Shown: piece after piece, positions 21,401 to 29,200 of the stretch
Position numbering within the stretch: the first letter of the stretch is position 1
Layout of the letters: each line of letters opens with the position of its first letter
DNA from: Euryarchaeota archaeon UBA439
GTDB taxonomy: Archaea > Thermoplasmatota > Poseidoniia > Poseidoniales > Thalassarchaeaceae
Reading direction: 5' to 3'
NCBI GenBank assembly: GCA_002497245.1
Contig: DANB01000019.1
Location: forward strand, 1 to 62,735
DNA length: 62,735 nt
Position numbers and translations under genes: made by a program
The notes under the pieces: generated by a model
What the model saw: the letters and a program-made list of their open reading frames with translations, nothing else
Database searches by the model: none
Told to the model about the DNA's origin: nothing

Positions 21401-22667
21401 CACTATCTGGGCTTCTGATTCTGACTTTTGTTTGAGTGTAATTGATGAATGTCAACCAGTAACTATGACGTTGACAATCGATAACTCTAATTCAGCACCT
21501 TTTGTAAGTCTGCTGTCGCCTCAGGATGGAGAAAGACTCTCAGTTTCTGATAATACTATTGAGGGAGTAGCAAGGGATAATGACGGCTCAGTTTCTAGAG
21601 TAGATATCACTGTCAGAGACATTTACAATGGCGATATTATAGTACATCAGCAGTCAGTCTCTGATTTCGAACCTAATGGTGCTTGGTCTACCACTTGGGA
21701 CCCTACAATACTTCAACACGACTTTGAATATGAGATTGATGTTCAATCATATGATGGATATGATTACAGCGATATGACTACAATTACAATAATTGCAGAT
21801 AACCCATCTGATGCTGGAAACAATCAACCTGTATTCAATTCTGATGGCTGGTTACAAGAAATCACTCTTTATTGTGAGGAAGAGTCACAATCACAGGATA
21901 GATGTACTAAGGCCGAAATAGATCTAGGGCAATTTTTCACGGAAATAGATAATGGTCAAGAGCTCATATTATCAGTCTTTGAAGACTCTAGTCCTGATGC
22001 AACTTCGGATGATAATTTCGCATTAGTAATTAATGTAGGACAGGATGGAATTGCTACATATGACCCAATTTCAATGTTTTTCTATGACTCTGACATGGAT
22101 TCATGGACATTAGAAAATGTAATCTTTGTTGCCACAGATCCATTTGGTTCTAAAGAAATATCATTACCAGTAACTTTTACTGTGATTGGAATAAATTTTG
22201 AAATTAATATACCCGATGTTACTGTTGTTAAAGATGGAGAAAGTGTCACATTTTCAGGCATAGGCCTTCCCGGTAAGACGGTTACCGCACTGATTGACAA
22301 GGTCCCTGCTAACAGTACGATTGTCAATAGTGATTCTACTTGGTCCCTCGATATCCCCTCGTCTCGATTTGATGATGGGCCAGTTACTCCTGATTTCAGA
22401 TACGTTGGTTCTGATTATTCTAGTGGTGTTCAGATATCAGTAGGGACGCCTGATGAGGGGATGTCAACGTTAATGATAGCAATCATCTCAATAGTGATAT
22501 TATCTCTATTAGGTGGTGCCTTTGTATACTTCTTCGTTGAGATAGAAGAAGATTCTTCAGTTGATGAAGAAGATTCAGAATCAGATTCTAATGCCGATGA
22601 AGAGTCTACTGAGGGATGGATTTGGGATGAAGAATCTAATGAATGGATAGAAGATCCTAATTATTAA
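18447..22667 (+). CDS. Large surface protein: right-handed beta-helix repeats, Ig-like domains, C-terminal TM and acidic tail
   Basis: Signal peptide; LTGDVTIASGAKLIIQPGT start; GITV/NNEI/NNDI beta-helix repeats; P.ISV.SPSDG Ig-like (Big) domains; TM near aa 1345; D/E-rich tail. Confidence 0.75.
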   Translation: MSKRRARSSFLVFLMLSSVLIALVGPASPVMANNETTSGTITTSETWSGTHQLTGDVTIASGAKLIIQPGTTVIFPNGTHLDVRGNLCAGVMSCGSSGDASIANKITLRWTDPSNSSEIGECKGMKQGSQEIQVEDASCFEGILIRSSIDLSETGFRHITIDDAWGIPYYIDSINRWRYGAMVIDGASPTLTQMRFENINTSSVLTTNLAQPIFEGGTYVAGNDGKSGVGGSAVQIYGSGTQVTPLVMNSPFFIGTDNGCGNNDGGRPTLWAQETFIEINDATVNTGDYGFAFVSSSGLLTNSDINVNCNGVDINGVKAIQGVAYTFEVGYNEINTDEGSGITVYDGGDAELHNNEISGVADRSGITVQSSKAYIHNNDIGPIGGWNGLWLTGSFDVIAEYNTIIDTAKTPIQVGELSSSGPAPSASRLHFTNNTVSVNTPGTCSSFKYWGGEYTCPAVSVFRSGVTLYDNEFSLGGDADGIRAIGGLMDVQRNLFNTPGTGAVIRNYDSGFANTQQYGSLGFFSLNTWNGIDTAYNISKSSVTVQSEFIPSSPPGEYPVILDWPDQEAWPANGFQGAIIPTPISECASCDNLTPRNFPLAVNMDNNSTVFTFANLSNVDTSKIFIKSQPTQYAVQVRRAEMVRFQTLVDGMKVENANVLIEDALGNDLYSLYTDDDGYTPWFALASDSHLDFRGLAGGDNPDGFADDEYEDSCSDGIDNDGDLTIDNNDDDCDYSAGTRELSRYYYTAYKFGFGYDRDDFVIEDTTYQDVINLVNTGPSISVTQETGHSFRKIVNFTGSAHDGQLAGFYATDELAQWDQKGYIHSIEVRDPFTSEWASAGHAVDDSGAEPGTVTRFNHPFNSWYYSFDMSGYQETDYTFEFRSFDGIDYSPIVTRTIKLNAAPPVISVNSPSDGSTWSDGTVTFEGTAYDQYGCPIACSQDVGEIYFYISGPNFEGTTPTSGGADWSWTWDFSGQPRVISDYTFTIWASDSDFCLSVIDECQPVTMTLTIDNSNSAPFVSLLSPQDGERLSVSDNTIEGVARDNDGSVSRVDITVRDIYNGDIIVHQQSVSDFEPNGAWSTTWDPTILQHDFEYEIDVQSYDGYDYSDMTTITIIADNPSDAGNNQPVFNSDGWLQEITLYCEEESQSQDRCTKAEIDLGQFFTEIDNGQELILSVFEDSSPDATSDDNFALVINVGQDGIATYDPISMFFYDSDMDSWTLENVIFVATDPFGSKEISLPVTFTVIGINFEINIPDVTVVKDGESVTFSGIGLPGKTVTALIDKVPANSTIVNSDSTWSLDIPSSRFDDGPVTPDFRYVGSDYSSGVQISVGTPDEGMSTLMIAIISIVILSLLGGAFVYFFVEIEEDSSVDEEDSESDSNADEESTEGWIWDEESNEWIEDPNY

Positions 22668-22735
22668 TTCTGATGACTTAACTCAGAGACTTCTCCACCG
22701 AAACTTCATGTATTGATTCAGATTGCTGTAACAAT

Positions 22736-25264
22736 ATGAGTAACATGGCCGTGCCTAGGCCCGGCGTTCAAGAGAGGATTCTACTACATCTTAGAGACTA
22801 TGTCGAGCATGTCGGAAGAGTTGAAGTTCCTTTTGCGCTTTCACAGATGGGCATTGCTAATTCTGTTGCAATAGCTCGATCAAATGTTCCTAGAGCAATT
22901 TCCGGAATGAGGGAACAAGGTCTACTTATAGAAAGACAAGCTCATGTGACTGGAGTTTCCCGCAAGAGAAAGGCATATTTTCTTACAGATGATGGACTAA
23001 AAGTGGCTAATGGTATTTGGGAAAAAGTTAGTACTCAGAATGTCCGACTAAAATTTCCTGATGGGACTTCGAAAAGTGTGCCTCTTGTGAACGCTCTTGA
23101 GTTGACAGACTTACCATTAAGGCATGTAGATATTTTGAGATATATCGATGATAATGGTAGTTTAGATTTATCTGTACTGTCTGCAGAATTAATTGAGAGA
23201 GACTTGTCAAAACATATTGAAAAACAGTTAGTGACCTCTTTCAACGATCTTCCCAGAACTAGGAAATTTTTCGGTAGGGAGAAAGAAGTAGATGACATGG
23301 TTAATCTACTCGAAACAAGGTCTTCTTCGATTTTAGTTCCTGGAATTGCAGGTATTGGAAAAACTGCTCTTGCCGGTAAAATTCTTGAAAGATTTACTCA
23401 TGAAAGAAACCTCTTATATCATCGATGTCAGGATTGGGAAGGTTCTAGAGCGTTCCTTGAAGCAACTGCAGAATGGCAAGCAACTATGGGGAATAATGGG
23501 CTTTCCGATTACTTAGCTGCCACTCCAATACCTCAGTCGAATGTCACCATTGATCTAATTATTGAAGGCCTCAGAAATTCTCCTAGTTTAATTGTAATTG
23601 ATGATCTGCACAAAGTTGGTGATGAGACACTTATCACTATTTTGAGAGGCATAGCCACACGAATCCCTACTCTGAATCAAGTTGGCGTAATTATGTTTTC
23701 TAGGTCCTTTAGAATGGTAGTCCCGGAGAAAGACTCAGAAGGAAAAATTCTCACACTAGTGATGCCTCTCGAGGGGCTTGATAAAGAGTCAAGTAAACAG
23801 ATTCTTTCAGCTATGCCTGACATGGATGCCTCGCAGTTCCTCCATATTTATTCACTTTCTCGAGGCCACCCTCTTGTTCTCGAGTTGATTAACAGAGGGA
23901 GTGTCGGAGGGACCTTCCACGCCACTTTAGAAACATTTGTAGAAAAGGAAATATTTAGCAGGTTGTCTGGTCCTCAAAAGAGACTTCTTGGCGCTATTGC
24001 AGTTTTCCGTGAACCAATGCCGCTCAGTGCTTTGAGCGATCTTGATGCAGCAGTCGATCTGTTAGATGATTTGGTTGAGAAAGGTCTAGCTAGACAAGCA
24101 GATAGTGAAAACTATGATGTTCATGACTTAGTTAGAGAATTTTTAGTTCTCTCAATGGAGCAAAATTTACGAAATGAATTACACAATAATGCAGTTAATT
24201 GGTACCGAAATCGTAAGTCAAGCCCTACAGATAGGATTGAATTTATTCATCATTTGAATAATTCTGATCAAATAGAAGAGTTGGCATCCGTATTATCTTC
24301 CGAGGGACCTAATTTAGTACAATCAGGTCATACAGAGCTTCTAGGAATTTTGAGATCTCTAGATAGAGAAGGTTTTGACTCAAAATCTTGGGGGATTGTT
24401 AGGGAATTAAGAGGAGATATCCTATCAATTCAAGGACAGTGGAATGATGCTGAGAAAGAATATGATGCAGCAATCCCTATAGCACGTAAAAATAAACAGA
24501 ATAAGGAATTAGCTAGGCTGTTGTCATCAAGAGCTGATATAGCAGTCAAAAGAGGAGCAATGGATGATGCATTAGAGTTGCATAGGCAAGCATTAGAGAT
24601 TCAAATCAAGACTAGAGATGCTGTCTCAGCAGCACGTTCTTACAATAATATGGGCTATATTTTCCGTCGTCGTAGGGATAATAGACATGCTTTGGAAGTA
24701 TACGGTAACGTCGAGGAACTTCTTGAATCAGAAAATAATCCTGAGTTATGCGACTCAAGAATCCGTCTTGCTTCTGCATTTTTAGAAATGGGCGAATTAG
24801 ATCGTGCACGAGATCATGCAATGCTGGCTCATGATGAGACTAAGAATAATGGTCAAGAAACTCTTCATGCTAGAGCTAGAGCGGTATTAGGGAGATATTA
24901 TGCAAAAATTAAAGATAATGATTTAGCAATGCTGCATTACTCTGGTGCCTTAGAAATTCTTTCTGAACAGGCAGACCCTCATAGTGCTGTTGAAATTGAA
25001 ATGCTATTAGGCCAAGTATTGAGTGACGCAGGTAGAAAAGAGGAAGCTTCAGACCATTATTTGGAAGGTTTAGCATTGGCTGAAGCTAATGATTTCCGTC
25101 ATCTGAAAGGAGAAATACTTGCTCGTCTTGGAGAAGTTGAGACAGATCGTTCTCAAAGAATGGAATATCTTCAGAAAGCACTTTCAGTTTTCAGAGAACT
25201 TGGTGCTAATGATCGTATGAGAGAAGTACAGAATTCAGTTCACAGAGTGGTCATGGGTCACTAA
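22736..25264 (+). CDS. HTH-STAND NTPase-TPR protein (probable signal-transducing transcription regulator)
   Basis: N-terminal wHTH (SQMGIANSVAIARSNVPRAISGMREQGLL), FFGREKE, Walker A GIAGIGKT, Walker B LIVIDD, GHPL motif, HDLVRE, C-terminal TPR repeats. Confidence 0.85.
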   Translation: MSNMAVPRPGVQERILLHLRDYVEHVGRVEVPFALSQMGIANSVAIARSNVPRAISGMREQGLLIERQAHVTGVSRKRKAYFLTDDGLKVANGIWEKVSTQNVRLKFPDGTSKSVPLVNALELTDLPLRHVDILRYIDDNGSLDLSVLSAELIERDLSKHIEKQLVTSFNDLPRTRKFFGREKEVDDMVNLLETRSSSILVPGIAGIGKTALAGKILERFTHERNLLYHRCQDWEGSRAFLEATAEWQATMGNNGLSDYLAATPIPQSNVTIDLIIEGLRNSPSLIVIDDLHKVGDETLITILRGIATRIPTLNQVGVIMFSRSFRMVVPEKDSEGKILTLVMPLEGLDKESSKQILSAMPDMDASQFLHIYSLSRGHPLVLELINRGSVGGTFHATLETFVEKEIFSRLSGPQKRLLGAIAVFREPMPLSALSDLDAAVDLLDDLVEKGLARQADSENYDVHDLVREFLVLSMEQNLRNELHNNAVNWYRNRKSSPTDRIEFIHHLNNSDQIEELASVLSSEGPNLVQSGHTELLGILRSLDREGFDSKSWGIVRELRGDILSIQGQWNDAEKEYDAAIPIARKNKQNKELARLLSSRADIAVKRGAMDDALELHRQALEIQIKTRDAVSAARSYNNMGYIFRRRRDNRHALEVYGNVEELLESENNPELCDSRIRLASAFLEMGELDRARDHAMLAHDETKNNGQETLHARARAVLGRYYAKIKDNDLAMLHYSGALEILSEQADPHSAVEIEMLLGQVLSDAGRKEEASDHYLEGLALAEANDFRHLKGEILARLGEVETDRSQRMEYLQKALSVFRELGANDRMREVQNSVHRVVMGH

Positions 25265-26081
25265 TTTCAGTCATAATTTTAGTCTCCAGATTTTTCTCAC
25301 CAATTACGATTTTAAATTCTGGTCCTGACTGTTCAGATATGAATATCATTCCTTTGTATTCTTCACCTATCCTCATTAAAACTTCACTTTCTGCTAGATG
25401 TGGTGCATTGTTTTTATCAGATAAATGGCATAAAACTATTGTTTTGAGTTCTGGCGTCATAACTTCATTCAATATTTCTGCGGTTTGACTATTTGATAAG
25501 TGACCACCTCTACTCGTTATTCTCCTCTTTAGTGAATCAGGATATGGGCCCTGCATTAATTTACTGTGATCATAATTTGCTTCAATTGAGATATGTGCAC
25601 ATCCTTTCAAATGTCGCTTCAATTCTACGGTTGCCTCACCTAAGTCGGTGACGAAACCGGCTCTATTACCATCACCATTACTTACAATCAAAGCTATATT
25701 CTCTGCATCATCATGTGGTATAGGTATTGGAAGAACGCTAATCTCTTCATTGATATTGATTCGTTCTAAATTACCAAATGTTCTACAATCTAAAATCGGA
25801 TTCCATCCCATTTTAATAGCAGTTTCAATATTACAATAGAGTTTCGCATCCCATTTTTGAGAGGCTTTGAGGGCGGATCTAGAATGATCTCCGTGGTGAT
25901 GAGTAATTAAAATTGCATCAATCGAACTCGGTTCTATTTCTATTCTAGATAGTCTTTTTTCAGTTTGTTTAAGTGAGAAACCACAATCAATTAGTACTTT
26001 ACAATTATCGGATTCTAGCAAGGTGCAGTTGCCTCTGCTACCTGAACCTAGATGAGTAATCTGTAACCCCACACCAATCAT
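25251..26081 (-). CDS. MBL-fold metallo-hydrolase, YycJ/WalJ-like
   Basis: LGSGSRGN, LIDCG, THHHGDH, PHD, TDLG, EANYD, GHLSN, HLS.NN motifs. Confidence 0.88.
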   Translation of the reverse strand: MIGVGLQITHLGSGSRGNCTLLESDNCKVLIDCGFSLKQTEKRLSRIEIEPSSIDAILITHHHGDHSRSALKASQKWDAKLYCNIETAIKMGWNPILDCRTFGNLERININEEISVLPIPIPHDDAENIALIVSNGDGNRAGFVTDLGEATVELKRHLKGCAHISIEANYDHSKLMQGPYPDSLKRRITSRGGHLSNSQTAEILNEVMTPELKTIVLCHLSDKNNAPHLAESEVLMRIGEEYKGMIFISEQSGPEFKIVIGEKNLETKIMTEISDP

Positions 26082-26258
26082 CTCTTGAGGGAACGTTTAG
26101 TCCTTCAATGAATCTGTTTTGCATTACAAAAAAATCAAATTTTCACACCATTCTGACATCGCCATAATGTACTAATCATATACATTTGTCCGAACGACGC
26201 TCCATCATGGTCATAAATACATGAAAGTCGCTAAGGGTAGTTAAGCAGAGGTGATAGC

Positions 26259-29200
26259 ATGAGGCGTAAACAAACAGCACTTCTTATGACAGTCCTAATT
26301 CTGTCAAGTTTAGCCTTTGTTTCTCAAACTAGGCCTCAGGCACCAGTAGAAAATGTCGACCCTGGAGAAGCTGCTGGAGGCGGCCCTCCAGTGACTGATG
26401 AAGATGGAGACAAGATTCCTGATTTCCATGAAGAAATATTATTCGGAGAAGATATCATTCTTAATTTAGGCAACGAAATAATTAGTATATCTGGACTTGA
26501 CTCAAGGAATGGTACAGATAATATGTCTGATTATGACCGTGATGGAGCAAGTGCTCTTCTTGAGTATTGTTGGCCTTATACATTAGATAGATGTTTTACA
26601 GATAGAGTCTCATTAACTGGCAAGCCGGGAGAATTAACAGATTCAGGTATGAGAGAATGGCTCGATCCGAGAGTAGCAGATACTGATGGAGATGGCCTCC
26701 CTGACGGTTATGAAATTTATATGTGTACTGAAGGAGGTCTTGGTTATCTCAATACAACAAATGCATGGACTTGTCTTTGGTTTGATCCATTAGATCCCAG
26801 CGATATGTGGGAGGATATTGATAGGTGTGCAGATTTTACATTTGGGTGCGGAGATGGTTTTGATGTGGATCGAAACGGAATTATAGATGATACGGAGAAA
26901 TATACTAATTCTGAAGAATATCTCTTCGGCACTCCCGAAGACTGGGTGACTGAGAGAGATGGTTTGTGGTGTTTCGGTGAGATTAATATGTTAAATTCAG
27001 AATCATGCCAAAAATCTGTAGAAAGACAAACTGGCGATGGATGGTTAGGTAGTGATCCAACTGAATCAGATTCAGACTATTATTCATGGGCAGAAATTAT
27101 TTCTGTTGGTTTAGCAGTTCCTGGAGATGGGATTCCAGATGGTTGGGAAGTGCATTATGGACTTGATCCAAGAAATGCTAGTGATGCAATCATAGATTCA
27201 GATTCAGATGGCTGGGATCTGGATAGGGATGGATATATTATTCCTGACACTTCTGTAGCTACATCTAGTTGGGGTGAATCCTTTAGTAACTATGAAGAAT
27301 ATATGATATTTTATGACCAAGGAGTTTCAGTAACTCCCGGACTCCGGAGTATCGATTTGTCTAATACCGATGATAGTTTCTTGACATATGATCAGTCAAC
27401 ATCTCCACAATTAGTCGATGCTAGTGTTCATACTATTATTTCTGATAATCAGAGAGATAGACTAATGGTAGGTTCAGAATATGGAATAACCATATTGGAT
27501 CCATTTAATCAGGTATCTACAATGATAGAACTCCCTTCTGGTTTAGTTTTAAATTCAATGATGGATTGGTCGGATGATGATGGAGAATATCTAATTTTAT
27601 TAACAAATCAAGGGATATCAATAGTCGAAATAATTAATGGTATTCCGCAAATTGATTCATCAACCTTTGAGCCATCGGATTCCAGTATCTCTGTGGGTTC
27701 AATCGATGAGATGGTTGTGCTTAAGACTGGTAGTGGAAGTCTAGACTTAATGCTCTTTTCAGGACAAGAGGCATGGACAACCTCAATATCTGGGACGACT
27801 ATGGATTCTCTAATTTATCTTGATTCAATCTCGGAGATATTATCTGTTAATGCGGCCAATGTAAACACTGCATTGCATATGGAAATGGATGGCCGTGGAC
27901 CTTTACTTTTGATAGGCACTGACGGCGGATTAATGGCTTGGAATACTACGGATGGTTCTGACTCTGTAGGTACTCCTTGGTGGGTTTTCAATAGAGAAAA
28001 TGCGGAAGATTTTGTACAAAAAGCGGATTTACTTAATGTTTCAAAATCGGCGATAGTGAACATTTTGCAACCTGCTGGACCAAAAGATTCTTCGGGAAAT
28101 TTTGAATTAATTACTGGTGCATGGATTGGTACATCTGGTGGCTTACATTTGATTGACATTGGCAAATTGATATCAATGCCTGTAACTGCCTTTAATTCTG
28201 AGAGAATGTGGAATCAAGAGAATTGGTTATCAGGTTCAAATGATGTCCATTCAGTTCATACATTTGAAAACCAAGTAATAGTAGGTTCCAAAGATGGTAC
28301 TTGGGTTCTCGAGGGAGGGTATCAAGGAGTAACGGGAATGTCAGAAAATCAAACATTCCTTCCTGGATTAGTAACTTCGTTAACGACATTAGAATCATCT
28401 GAATCAATCATAATGTTCGCCGGTATTTCTCCTGGGAATTATATGAATATAATGCCAATTGACCCACAATCAACTGATTCAGACCTTGATGGAATGCCCG
28501 ATGGTTGGGAATTTATTCACGGACTTGATCCAACCGATCCATATGATAGAGATAGAGATGCAGATGCTGATGGTGTTCTATACAATCCTGAATTCGGCGA
28601 AGGTATAGATAGGAGTTGGACTAATCTAGACGAATTCCGATTCATCACTAATTCAGAAAATGGCTTTAATGGAACAGATCCAAGAAATATAGATACTGAT
28701 GGAGATGGACTAACTGATGGCGAAGAATATTGGGGTTGGTTCACCGAATCTACTAATTTCGATTGTCATTATTTGAATCAAGAGTATATTTGTGATGAAC
28801 TAACTGGTTCAGAAGCGTTGTCAGTCCATCTTGAAGGATGGTTAGGTTCCGGTGCAGGTGGAGGTACTGATGGCCCTACAGACCCTACTGATACAGACTC
28901 AGATGGAGATGGAATGCCCGATGGTTGGGAAATTGAAAATCGAAGATGGATTGGAGACGTATATAATGGAGGTAATCTATGGACATTAGACCCTAGAAAT
29001 CCTAATGACGCCCAAGATGACGCTGATAATGATGGACTTTCCAATCTCTGTGAGTACAAATGGTCTAATCTACTTCAAACTGTGATTAATGAAGGTCTTC
29101 CTTCGCATGGCGAAAGCTCCGATGCTGCCTTAAATTGGACTGCAACTGATCCAAATAATATTGATTCAGATGGAGATACATTACCAGATGGATGGGAGGC

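Noticed and set aside
22736-26081. STAND-TPR next to an MBL hydrolase as an Avs1-like antiviral system
   Set aside because: The genes are convergent rather than operonic, the MBL looks like housekeeping YycJ/WalJ, the STAND effector is an HTH, and there is no other defence or mobile context.
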